64,000 nt of DNA from Octopus vulgaris (Eukaryota). Below, one piece after another: positions 1 through 11,965 of the stretch. A model generated the notes under the pieces. It saw only the letters and a list, made by a program, of their open reading frames with translations. It made no database searches and was not told where the DNA came from. Positions within the stretch are counted from its first letter, which is position 1; each line of letters starts with the position of its first letter. The stretch covers positions 122,822,001 to 122,886,000 of the forward strand of contig OX597815.1 of NCBI GenBank assembly GCA_951406725.2, in the 5' to 3' direction. Position numbers and translations under genes: made by a program.

Positions 1-3000
1 TATGTTGCAGACGCTACTTTATGTTTCATATTCACTTCATTGCTGCCATTCTCAGTATCAAGTTGATGTCAATCGCTCTCCTTCAGTACAGCTTCTTGCC
101 CAGGTGACGTCTATAAATTTCTCTCTCTCTCTCTCTCTCTCTCCATCTTGTTTTCTCTTACTGTGTGAACCTGACCCCCTTTAGTTTCCATCTGTGGTTA
201 TTTCTTCTTTCCTCATCTCCTACCAACCAATATTTTCTCTTCCTCATATATTTGACGTTTTATATTTTCTGTCCTTCTTCAGTATTCTCTCTAATACATT
301 TTACTGTTTCTTAAAGCTGTTTTTAAGCCACTGCTCTACGTTTTTACTTTTCAAATTGACAATTTAACAAACAGCCTATCCATCTTAAATTCGTCTTTTT
401 ATTTCCTGTGAATCAGAAGTTCTCAACTGGATGTCTCTGGTCTACAGGGAAAATAAACGTCTGTCACAAATTACTGTAATATTAAAAGATTAGGGTTTCA
501 TAGTATGTTTTATTTTTTAGTATAATTTTATTGATTTTATCTCAAGTGGTCCTCCAAAATATGTAATAAATCAATGATCCACGATAAAAAAACAAAACAA
601 AACTTCTAAATAGCCGTATTCCACGTAAGTCAGCTGTTCAAGACAACTAACTATATTTATCAGCTGTTATTGTAGTATCATGCGACTGCTGAATGGGACT
701 TAAATTATCTTCATACTTTTAGAGCCACCTTGCTACTTTCGCAGTTCAGTTCATTTGACATATTTGATATCAATATTAAATAAGCAAGACAAAGAAGGAA
801 GATCTAACAAGATCTGATACTAAGGATGTCATTTTGTTAAAATATTTGATGATCGTTACAAAAATATATGTAATTGATTCTATAAAAAATATTTTGTAAT
901 GACTTCGATATAAATTTAAAATATTTGTTCGAATCAATATTTTGAATCATAAAGAAAGAATATTTCATTTCATTGATATTTTATAGTGATTAGTAATTAT
1001 TTAATGTTTCGAAATTTATATTAACTTTGGTAGGAGTTAAGGTAATACGTTTACTTAGAAAGCATCTTATATTTCTTGCCAAATTGAAGTTTTAATTCGC
1101 AAAACATTGTAGAATTATTATCAAAACGATCTCAATTATAATTAATAGAATTAAATCCACCTCAAAAGTATTTAACTCCAGATCAATTTTATTTTATCAA
1201 ACAAGTTTGAAACTTATTCTACTTCATCTTTTGCAACGTTGAGGTAATTACAAATGGATTATAACATTGTATGTATATTTATAAAATGTCAAATAGTTTT
1301 ATATCTAAGTCGACAAAAAAAAAAGCATATATGTGTTATATGTGTGTGTTTGGTGAAGCAAACAGAAAAGTAGAACTCGAAACAATATGAGCATATATAC
1401 ATTTTTTTAAAAATTACTAATCAGCAAAAGTTAAACAACTCAAAGACCGTGAGTTTCATGCGTTGGCACAACACAATCCCGGCATTTTAGTCACTAACTT
1501 CTGCCGATTATTTATATATAAAAAATAACGTCTGTGTGTGTGAGTGAGTATATATGTATATATATATATATATATGTGTGTGACGAATTAAAATAAAACA
1601 GTTTTAATATTAAACTGAAGAATTACTCGATGCTTTTTGTAGAGTACGTATACTTTTATAAAGAAGGGTAACATGTAACCCTCTTGTAAAAACTATGCAA
1701 GTATGTCTGTATAAAAAGGTATTCAAGAAAAGTAAACCAAAAGTTTCTTTTTCCCCACACACCCTCCCTACTGATATACATAGGTGCTGAAATACTATTT
1801 GACAAACAGAAATATTTCTAATTTCACCCCCTGAACACAACTGAATTTTATCTGACAAGCTATCATAAGATTTAGACACAACTTTTCACGGAACAATCAA
1901 CAATAAAGTATTGTTTATAATTTTGTCCTTTGTATTAAGTTACTATTATACAATTGCACCTTTGTTGATAACATATTAATGTCAAAAATTACAGAAACAA
2001 TAACATACTATGATATAATGAATCACAACTATTTCGTACGATATGTTGTAGAAAATATTCAATGGGCACTTTTAAAGCATTCAGACACAACACTGTAAAA
2101 ACATAGTTAAAAAACTTCACCTGAACTCAGATATTTAGGTAAATGGGTCGCACTTAGTATAATAAAAGCTAATTTTTACACGAGATAAAATAAATGTTTT
2201 CAGGCTTTTTTTTTCTTCGGGTGAAATGTTCTATACTAAACTTCTTCTAGTTTAGTATAGAAGTTTATTATATTTTACGACATTTTAAAAACATTTCTAT
2301 TTAGTTCTGACACCATTAATTTTATACTTTTATAATTTACAGAAGTTTTGTAATTTATTTCAATAAATTTTAAAATGTTAATCAACTAAAGTTAAATGTT
2401 TTCGACCTTATTAAAACAGGACTTATGTTGCAGGGCGAAATTAATTAGCTGGCGTCCTGAATAAGATTTTAAGATACGTTTGTGTTGTACTGCATTCTTG
2501 TCGATCTATAGAAACAAACAAAACTAGGGTGAACTTGTATCTTAAACCAGTTTAGACAAAAAACAAATATGGAGCAAAGGAAATGACGCAGGCATATTAC
2601 TATTTCAGTGTGTTATAAGAATCTTAACAATTTAAAATAGGTTTCTTCTGGCATAATAAGGTTCATAATTGCCCTAGAATTGAATCAAATTAGTCTAGAA
2701 TTATTTAATAAATATCCATATAATAAACATATAGCGATTTTGGATGAAGTCATGGAGAGGTAAAAACTGTGAGGTTATTTAGGGCTCTCATCGTATATCA
2801 AAAAGCGTATTAAACAGAAAGTAAACAAGGAAGTTGTGGCGGTGTGAATGTGCATCGTTCAACGACGAGGCTGAATGGTCTAAACAACTGAATAACTGCT
2901 CCCGAATTAACGTGGAAAGGGCTGAGTCACAAGTGTAAACCTTTTGAATTACAGGTACAATCCACCTGACAGGCTTATAGATTCTGCCTACGGAATAGAC

Positions 3001-4759
3001 TCAGGGAAAATGACATATGGTTAAAAATGCCATGCGGTGGGCTCGAACATGGGACATTGTTGTTGCAAAGCGAACTTCTTAACCATTCAGCCATAGTGCG
3101 CCTACTAAACAGGGAAGTTGTACGTCAGGGCTAAATTGAGATATCTGGAACAAACAAATGTTTCTATTGTTGAGCAAGGAACTAGATTAACTCATAAGTT
3201 ACAGTTTAATAGAATGTAATAAAAGGTGTGATTCTAAACTTTAGATTTAGTTATTCTGATACAATTATTAGAGTTACTTTCTAAAATTTCAATTAAGAGA
3301 ATGAAAAATATTGCAAATTTTTGGGAGTGTATACGTTTCACATTTCTTGAATAGTTGTCATATTCCTAAGACCATTTACGTACATAATTTTTAAAGAAAC
3401 GATGTTTAATATATTATATATAGGCAAAACATTGCTATATACATACACACACACACATATATATATGCAAAATATTGTCATATATACATATCTAAGCTTA
3501 ATGCAATCAAAACAGCTCAACAACTGTTGCTAATGAAATCGTGATCTGTAACTGATCAGGTGTGTTATAAAATAACGCACAATTGTGCTGAATATTAAGA
3601 CGATGAAATTGAAATAATAGAATTAAATTGCATGTAAAGTGAAAACGAAAATATATTCATGAACGGTTCACAATTGGAAATTAAAGGTAGGACTCAGAGA
3701 TTTTCGGCTGGAATGGGACAAACACCCCGAAATCGAACGATATGGTGTGTAAGCGGTGTCTTCTGTTATAAGCCTTTCGACGAGAAATGTTAGAAGGAAG
3801 CTACGAGAATTATTAAAACTTATCAGTATGAAACATAATATAAATTATAATGTAATAATATAAGAATCACCCGTGGTGTCTCTATGTGGTCATCTGGTCT
3901 GTCAGAAGCAACAGCCAAATTTCTCTCAAATTTAAAAAAAATAAAGGAAAACTGTGTCTGAAAAACAAAGACGGGATGATCACGATTGGAATGTCTTTGG
4001 TGATGTGTCTACACCACCATGACCGGGTTGCTTCGTAGGTAATTAACGACTAAGCAAATTCAAACGATCAATCTATCAATAATATTAATCAAATTTTTGT
4101 CATTTTTCTAAAAGCAACAGGTAAAAATAGTTTACGGATGATATAGTTAATTAAGGTAAAACTAGCCTTATTGACATACCTGAACCACCTCCAGTTAAGG
4201 GGCTAACTGGTTTCAGTCAAATCTACATATATATGTATATCCACTACAACATGCTTGACGTTGTATAAGTGACCCGTCCAGGTATGTTAAACTAGGTTGT
4301 CTACGCCTCACTCAACTTGACAGCAGTTAACGACAATGGTTGTTGTCGTGCATTCCAAGTTACTTTAATCGTCATATTTCATTTATTTCCAAACAGAAAC
4401 AATAAACTGGTTTTAAAAGACATCAGTAGAATATATTATATTTGGATATTTTTCTATATAAAATATAACAATTTAAAGGTTTTAGTTATAACGTGTAAAA
4501 TGTATTAAGGAATCAGCAGGAGGAGATGCAATTAAGGTAACAGCCTTGACAACTTTCAACAAACAGGTTCTCGAAACATTGACAAGTCTTATTGGGAGAA
4601 AGAGAAAGAAAAGTCAAAACATTAAACTGGCTACTTATCACACTAACACACCCATCAACACATACATGCATGCATGCCTACATACATACATACATACATA
4701 CATACATACATACATACATACATACATACATACATACATACATACATGCGTTAACAGAT

Positions 4760-4843
<84 letters not shown>

Positions 4844-4964
4844 GTAATGTGCGTCTATGAATGTATAAAGCAAATAGTTAAGATTCTATAAAACCACATT
4901 AACATACATACATACATACATACAAAAAAATACCCTGTTGATGTTTTTGAAATTCCAATGAAGT

Positions 4965-5043
<79 letters not shown>

Positions 5044-5139
5044 CCACTGCAACATGCTTGGATCTAGGTTAGAAACCGATTCTTTATCTATTGACAAGAA
5101 ATCATGAAATAAAACTGAATAATGACATACATACATACT

Positions 5140-5883
5140 GGATCTTTTCCTTTTGAACGGCAGTTTGTAACATAATTTCTAGGTAACTAAAAAGTTTTAA
5201 ACTTCGTATACTGGTAGAATGTGTATATAAAACATCATTTTCTCTTGGCTTTATTGAGAAAATTCTATAGGTTGTAAGATATTTCGTCTGAAATTACTTG
5301 CATTTCGGCAATTTTAACCAATCAATTACCTTCATTGACGTAAATAACATTCTGTGCATAATGAAAATGTACCTCGTTTAAGAAACAGATTGGGTTTATT
5401 TACATTTGTGAAGAAAAAAGATACCCTTCCCCAACCCCTAACCCTAACCCTAACTAACCCTAAATCTAAAATAGATTGAAATGCAATAGATCGATACTAG
5501 GGTTATAATTATGGGTGACAATTTCATACGACACCGCTACGAAAAATGGGATTTTTTTCTAGGGTTAGTTAGGGTTAGGGTTAGGGGTTGGGGAAGGGTA
5601 TCTTTTTTTCTTCACAAATGTAAATAAACCCAATCTGTTTCTTAAAGGAGGGACATATTCATTATGCACAGAATGTTATTTACGTCAATGGAGGTAATTG
5701 ATTGGTTAAAATAGCCGAAATGCAAGAAATTTTAGACGAAATATCTTACAACCTATAGAATTTTCTCAATAAAGCCAAGAGAAAATGATGTTTTATAAAC
5801 ACATTCTACCAGTATACGAAGTTTAAAACTTTTTAGTTACCTAGAAATTATGTTACAAAGTGCCGTTCAAAAGGAAAAGATCC
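5140..5883. mobile_element. Foldback/MITE-like non-autonomous DNA element with ~325-bp TIRs containing (CCCTAA)n/(TTAGGG)n
   Basis: Starts GGATCTTTTCCTTTTGAACGGCA and ends TGCCGTTCAAAAGGAAAAGATCC. Arms ~5140-5463 and ~5559-5883 are near-identical reverse complements. Inserted in a (CATA)n tract. Confidence 0.85.
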
Positions 5884-6042
5884 TACATACATACATGTAT
5901 ATAGGAAAATGGAAATCTGGTTTTATTTATTCTCCATCACACGTCTTTCATTTGCTAGTAGGAATCACTAAGATTTACATGTTTGATAGACATGTAAAGA
6001 GTTTCTAATAGGAAATTCTTTAAACGTCTAACAGGTAACTCT

Positions 6043-6200
6043 TTGTGATTTCTATAAGCAAATGAAACACGTGCAATGGAGAATAAATAATGTCAAAAAG
6101 AATTCCATCTTCTTGTTATAATATAAATTAATTCTGCAAATAGCTTTTCCATAATTCTCAATTTTAAGATGTACTTTGACACACATACAGCAACAGCTAT

Positions 6201-6269
<69 letters not shown>

Positions 6270-6511
6270 ATATAAATACATAGCTGTTGCTGTATGTGTG
6301 TAAAAGTACATCTTAAAAGATTGAGAATTATGGAAAAAACAAAAGAAAACAGACGAAAAAACGGACAATATTATAAAGCAGAATTAATTTATATTATAAC
6401 ATTCAGATTTCCCCTCTTTTGTCCTTTACTTCTCTTCCTTCCAGATGGAATTCTTTTTTGACATTATTTATTCTCCATTGCACGTGTTTCATTTGCTTAT
6501 AGAAATCACAA
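6043..6511. repeat. Imperfect inverted repeat centred on a (TA)n tract
   Basis: 6043-6200 is the reverse complement, with indels, of 6278-6511 (e.g. cacacatacagcaacagctatg / catagctgttgctgtatgtgtg). A third partial copy lies at ~5921-5968. Confidence 0.8.
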
Positions 6512-6515
6512 TCTC

Positions 6516-6568
<53 letters not shown>

Positions 6569-6760
6569 TACATAAAATTGGGGAATAAATCCAAACTTAC
6601 AGGGAAAAAAATCAGATTTAGGATTGAATCCAGTTTATAGTAAAATATTATATTATATAAATTAGAGACAAAACCACTATTATGCAAATCAAACAAAGAA
6701 AGACTTAATCCAATACATAAATTAATTTATATAATTTAGAAATTTAACAATTATTAATAT

Positions 6761-6824
6761 CCACTACGATCGTTTCATGTCTTCTTTTCATCACATCTTT
6801 GAGTAGTAGACATTCTTCAGGTGG
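6761..6824 (-). ncRNA. Minimal type I hammerhead ribozyme motif (mirror copy)
   Basis: Reverse complement of 6932-6995. Confidence 0.8.
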
Positions 6825-6931
6825 TTTCAAATATTCTTGGCGAGTTTAAACTATGAACTAATTTTAAATCACAAACGTCTTTTGTGATTTAAAATTAGTT
6901 CATAGTTTAAACTCGCCAAGAATATTTGAAA

Positions 6932-6995
6932 CCACCTGAAGAATGTCTACTACTCAAAGATGTGATGAAAAGAAGACATGAAACGATCGTAGTGG
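6932..6995 (+). ncRNA. Minimal type I hammerhead ribozyme motif
   Basis: ccac CTGAAGA atgtct...agacat GAAA c gatc g TA gtgg. Stem I ccac/gtgg, stem II atgtct/agacat, short stem III with palindromic GATC loop, GUA site after 6991. Confidence 0.8.
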
Positions 6996-7127
6996 ATATT
7001 AATAATTGTTAAATTTCTAAATTATATAAATTAATTTATGTATTGGATTAAGTCTTTCTTTGTTTGATTTGCATAATAGTGGTTTTGTCTCTAATTTATA
7101 TAATATATATATATATATGTATGTATG

Positions 7128-7166
<39 letters not shown>

Positions 7167-7212
7167 ATGTATGTATGTATGTATGTATGTATGTATGTAT
7201 GTATGTATGTAT

Positions 7213-7590
7213 GACGAAAGATCTGTCTTTCTGCCCACAACCTTCGTAAAGAACAAAACGTGCTTATACTTGTCTCCTTCATAAGCTCGTCTTCCTCACG
7301 TTCATAATAATTTTTCTATCGTCTTGGCTTAACAGCCCTCACCGGTTATTTTTACTGCTTTGTTCTCACTGTCCTGTTCTTGTTACCACTTTCATCATCC
7401 GCAAAAAATTCCTAATTTTCTTTGCGGAAAGGACTGTTTCAACGAAGTCGCGTCTTGTCCTTGCCTTCGAAACGTGGAGTAGATGAAACAGGGACAACTG
7501 AAGAAGGGGAATGTTCTTTATGTTGCATGTCTCGTTTCTGTTTTCGTTTCTCATTGTTATCAACGTTTTTTTATGTCCTGTACCCATATA
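7213..7590 (+). mobile_element. Probable Penelope-like 3' terminus (family 1) between microsatellites
   Basis: Bounded by (TATG)n and (TA)n. Pyrimidine-rich tail ending cctgtacccata is shared with 61575-61730. Contains HHR core motifs. Confidence 0.6.
7427..7504 (+). ncRNA. Candidate re-ordered (pseudoknotted) hammerhead, family 1
   Basis: gaaagg(P2) ctgtttca(Px) cgcGTC ttgtcc(P1) ccttc GAAA cgtg tgaaacag(Px') ggacaa(P1') CTGAAGA. Confidence 0.65.
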
Positions 7591-7641
7591 AGCATGTATA
7601 TATACATATATATGTAGGTAATACATATATGTATGTATATA

Positions 7642-7696
<55 letters not shown>

Positions 7697-7852
7697 TTAC
7701 ATATATATATGTATATACTTACATATAAGAGACCAAAGTATACGTACGCCGCTATATTTTTTATATATAAAAATACAAAAATGGGACAAGAACGCAAAAC
7801 ATCCAGACAGACGATGCAAAGAAAACAAGGACGGGTCATTCGGAGTTTTCTA

Positions 7853-7925
7853 TCCTCAATCGAGTTCCAGATTATCTTTGCAATTTCGGCTGGTTATACT
7901 CGAGATTGCTCTAATCTGACCAGCT
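7853..7925 (-). ncRNA. Candidate re-ordered hammerhead, family 2, inverted copy (C3U)
   Basis: Minus strand: agctgg tcagatt agagcaATC tcgagt ataa ccagcc GAAA ttgc aaagat aatctgg aactcga TTGAGGA. Confidence 0.55.
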
Positions 7926-8519
7926 CGAAGGAAAAACTAAGCTAAGAGCATTAGATTCCTTTGAAGAAAGCAGCGAATGTATACGAAAACAAGGACGGGA
8001 AAAAACGGACAATGTTACACAAATAAAAATAATAACAGGACATAACAACAGGTATCTTTCGACTAAGGACGAATTAAATTAAGCTGGCGTGTGTGGAAAT
8101 GAAGAATTACGGCAGGATACAAGATTTCACAAACACAGGGACGAATATCGATATTGCACGGACAACGGCCAGACCAAAAAAGAAAGAACAGGCTAAGTCG
8201 AACGCCGGTCACGTGGGAAGAGAAGAGAGATAAGTAGAAGCAGGGGACAGAAGAATTAAGGAGGGGCGAGAAAAATGACGGACACAGTGAAGTAAAAAAA
8301 GTGGAGGGAAAGTGAGCAAGAAGAGAAAGCAAGGAAATACGAGAGTGGGGGAACGAAAGATATAATTTAATTCGTCCTTAGTCGAAAGACACCTGTTGTT
8401 ATGTGCTGTTATTATTTTTATTTGTGTAACATTGTCCGTTTTTTTTCCGTCCTTGTTTTTATATACATTTGCTGTTTTCTTCCAAGGAATCTAATGCTCT
8501 TAGTTTAGTTTTTCCTTGG

Positions 8520-8592
8520 GGCTGGCCAGATTGGAGCAATCTCTAGTATAATCAGCCGAAATTGCGAAGATAATCTGGTACTTGACTGAAGA
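8520..8592 (+). ncRNA. Candidate re-ordered (pseudoknotted) hammerhead, family 2
   Basis: ggctgg(P2) ccagatt(Px) gcaATC tctagta(P1) tcagcc GAAA ttgc aatctgg(Px') tacttga(P1') CTGAAGA. Confidence 0.65.
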
Positions 8593-8713
8593 AAGAAAAC
8601 TTCGAATGACCCGTCCTTGTTTTATTTGTATCGTCTCTCTGGATCTTTTGTTATCCCACTTTTGTATCAGCGAACTATCCGGATGTTTTGCGTTCTTGTC
8701 TCATTTTGTATTT

Positions 8714-8780
<67 letters not shown>

Positions 8781-8782
<2 letters not shown>

Positions 8783-8950
8783 GGGAAGCTTTACGAAAAT
8801 AAACAAAAGACGAAGGCAGGTGGAGTACAAACAAACAATTGTATTAGTATGGCGCTCAGGAATAGAAATAAAACAAGTCTTTTACGTTTCGAGCCTACGC
8901 TCTTCAACAGAAAGATACACAGAAAAGAAACACGGAGAGAAACAAGGAGA
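8781..8950 (-). mobile_element. Penelope-like terminus with minimal HHR-like motif at 8878-8915
   Basis: Minus strand: tcttt CTGTTGA a gagc gtag gctc GAAA c GTA aaaga (core position A6 is U). Abuts (TA)n. Confidence 0.6.
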
Positions 8951-8960
8951 GAAAAAAATT

Positions 8961-9327
8961 ACCCTAGTATCGATCTATTGCATTTCAATCTGTTTTAGGG
9001 TTAGGGTTAGTTTGGGTTAGTGTTAGGGGTGGGGGGAAGGGTATCCTTTTTTCTTCACAAATTTAAATAAACCCAATCTGTTTCTTAAACGAGGTACATA
9101 TTCATACGGCACAGAATGTTTTTTTTACCTCAATAGACGTCACTGATTGGTTGAAATTGCAGAAATTGAAGAAAAAAATAACAAATATCTCACAAACTAT
9201 AGAATTTGCTCAATAAAACCAAGAGAAAAAGATGTTTTATAAACACATTCTACCAGTATACGAAGTTTAAAATTTTTTAGTTACCTAGAAATTATGTTAA
9301 AAACTGCCGTTCAAACTGAAAAGATCC
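8961..9327 (-). mobile_element. One-arm copy of the telomere-repeat foldback element
   Basis: Reverse complement of 5140-~5503. Ends gccgttcaaactgaaaagatcc. Confidence 0.8.
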
Positions 9328-11087
9328 TTAATCTATACTACTAATCTATTGCTTTGTTTCGTTTTAATTAGGAAACTTGGTAATCAATTATGAGAAGCAT
9401 ACTAAAACATATATATAGTGATATCAGGTACCTGCCTACCAGCTAGCATTAGTTGATCACCCAGGGGTATATTTTATTCCACTTGTATAAAAGGCAAAAA
9501 ACAAGTTATTATGACTGCTGTTATTGCTGTTAATTTAGTTGTTGCTGTTGCAGCTGCAGGTGTTTTATTTGTGTGTGTTTTAGTTGGCAATACCAGTATT
9601 AACATTGGTGACTCAGTTAATAAGGATGTAGTAATTATTAAAGACTTTCCTGCTCATAAATTAACCAACAAATACATTCTTTGTATGGCTCTGTGTTTAA
9701 ATGGGTCATTTTTAACGTCAGAATTAAACACACGCACACATACACACGTACATACGCACGCGTGTACACTCACACACACGCACATACTCATACACACACA
9801 CACACTCTCACACACACTCACATATAGCACTTTCATTATTGAAACAAGATTTGGTTTCATGCCTTTTCTTGCTTTGTCAGTCTATTTTTTAAAAGATTAA
9901 AGAAAAAACTATTGCCATGCTGATTCAGATTCTTAAAGTAATTATTTCTGTACTATTTTCAATATTGATTTCTAACATAGGTACAAGGCCATAGACACCG
10001 TGTGTGGTATGAGAAATATAGACAATTACATAGCTGACCCCAATACTTCACTGTTACTTCTTTTATTGATCTCGTTTATGTCGTCGGAGTCGAACAGCCT
10101 TCACCCCATGCAATATATCGTAGGGCGGGTGAGGAACAAATTTGATTTCATGAAGAAAATCGACCTGCTAACTTCCTTTAGCTGGGTTTTCCCTTGCCTA
10201 ATAGCTATGACAAATGAAATTGCGTTGTGAACTCTCCTGAAATGTTTGAACGTAGATATTTTCCGCAATACTCCCACAAGCAGATGTTGGCAGGTTGTAT
10301 TTTTGTAGAAAGGATGAAGGGAGGGGACTGTTAAATGTAGAAAACTTACGAAGAGGTAGAAAATTTGAAGAAGTACGTTGCTATTAGTTATTAGTGATGA
10401 AGTGCAATACTAAAGGATATCGAGATCAGAAGTAATTTCAGTGAATAAAGAAGGGCATTTCGAAAAGAGACAAGATACACCAGAAAGAATATAGATAAAA
10501 ACATCTCAACTGTATGTAGTGAGTATGATGAAAGAAAATTGATGGTGGCGCGACAAAACCGTACTGCACGCACTCGTATAGTGTCCGAGTACGGTTGACT
10601 TGTGGGGTTATGTCGAACGGACAGTGTTCCTCTTTCTTGTAGCTACAGCGAAAGAGACTGTGTGGCGGAGGAGGCTGAAATGATCGAGAAAAGACAATTC
10701 CTCCATAGTGAAACCCACATTGACATTTGTAAGTTCCACTTGCAAAGAAAAGTGAGAGTGAAGAAGGAAGTACTCTCTCCCACTGAATTTGTAAAAGGGT
10801 AGGTGATTGTGGCGAAAATGGTTAGGGTAAACGAACCTACTCTAAGCATCCAGGGTGATGCTGGATTTGAGGAATTCCTTGATTGGCCCTAGTTAGAAGT
10901 TTTCTTGTATCAAGAGGATTTCATCATAGATGTATTCACATATTTTGTATACTATGGATACTTCATCTATCTTATTTCACCCTATTTTCCCTTTATTTCC
11001 CTAATATTTTACGTAAACCGCCATACAAATTGTAAACTCATTGTAATATTCCCCTCATTTGCCCCTGTAGCAAATACAATATTTTTT

Positions 11088-11680
11088 TTCTTTACTACCC
11101 ACAAGGGACTAAACACAGAGAGGACAGACAAACGGATTAAGTCGATTATATCGACTCAGTGCGTTACTGGTACTTATTTAATCGACCCCGAAAGGATGAA
11201 AGGCAAAGTCGACCTCGGCAGAATTTGAACTCAGAACGTAGTGGCAGACGAAATACCTATTTCTTTACTACCCACAAGGGGCTAAACACAGAGGGGACAA
11301 ACAAGGACAGACGAACGGATTAAGTCGATTACATTGACCCCAGTGCGTAACTGGTGCTTAATTTATCGACCCCGAAAGGACGAAAGGCAAAGTCGACCTC
11401 GGCAGAATTTGAACTCTGAACATAACGGCAAACGAAATACTGCTACGCATTTCGCCCGGCGTACTAACGATTCTGCCAGCTCGCCTTACTATTGCTATTG
11501 TTTTGTTGTTATTAAGGCAACGAGCTGGCAGAATCATTTGCATGCCGGACAAAATGCTTAGCGGCATTTCGCCGAGGTCGACTTGCCTTTCATCCTTTCG
11601 AGGTCGATAAAATAAGTAACAACTCTGGGGTTGATGTGATCAACTTATACCCTTCCCCGAAAATGCTGGCTTTGTGCCAA
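11088..11680. mobile_element. Cluster of tRNA-derived SINE-A copies (minus 11088-11488, plus 11514-11680)
   Basis: Head ggcggcgagctggcagaa, B-box-like gagttcaaattcc, and core gcctttcatcctttcggggtcgat, all repeated throughout the window. Confidence 0.85.
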
Positions 11681-11695
11681 TATTATTATTATTAT

Positions 11696-11808
11696 AATGC
11701 CCTGATGCAGTACTAATGCCCTGATGCAGTACCAATGCCCTGATACAGTACAGAATGCCCTGATGCAGTACCAATGCCTTGATGCAGTACCAATGTCCTG
11801 ATGCAGTA
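11696..11808. repeat. Six tandem 19-20-bp units (aatgccctgatgcagtacc) inside a 28-bp direct duplication
   Basis: Units start at 11696, 11715, 11734, 11754, 11773 and 11792. tggctttgtgccaatattattattatta occurs at both 11667 and 11813. Confidence 0.9.
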
Positions 11809-11876
11809 ATATTGGCTTTGTGCCAATATTATTATTATTATCATTATCATTATTATTATTATCATTATTATTATTA

Positions 11877-11965
<89 letters not shown>

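Larger units (their letters stand above)
6649..7107. mobile_element. Apparently perfect palindrome (227-bp arms, 5-nt loop) of a Penelope-like terminus
   Basis: Arms 6649-6875 and 6881-7107, loop cgtct. Each arm carries an HHR motif. The right arm ends in (TA)n. Confidence 0.85.
7770..8715. mobile_element. Head-to-head inverted pair of Penelope-like termini (family 2), ~310-350-bp arms
   Basis: ~7770-8081 is the diverged reverse complement of ~8363-8715. TA-rich tracts lie at both outer ends. Confidence 0.8.

Noticed and set aside
8586-8620. Conventional type I HHR using downstream cttcGAAtgacc
   Set aside because: GAAU instead of GAAA, and no stem I partner downstream. The upstream GAAA/AUC pairing fits far better.
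9511-9900. ORF with transmembrane-like segment
   Set aside because: Probably degenerate GTT/GCT repeats running into (CA)n; no homology recognised.
11696-11808. CRISPR-like array
   Set aside because: No unique spacers, no cas genes, eukaryotic context.
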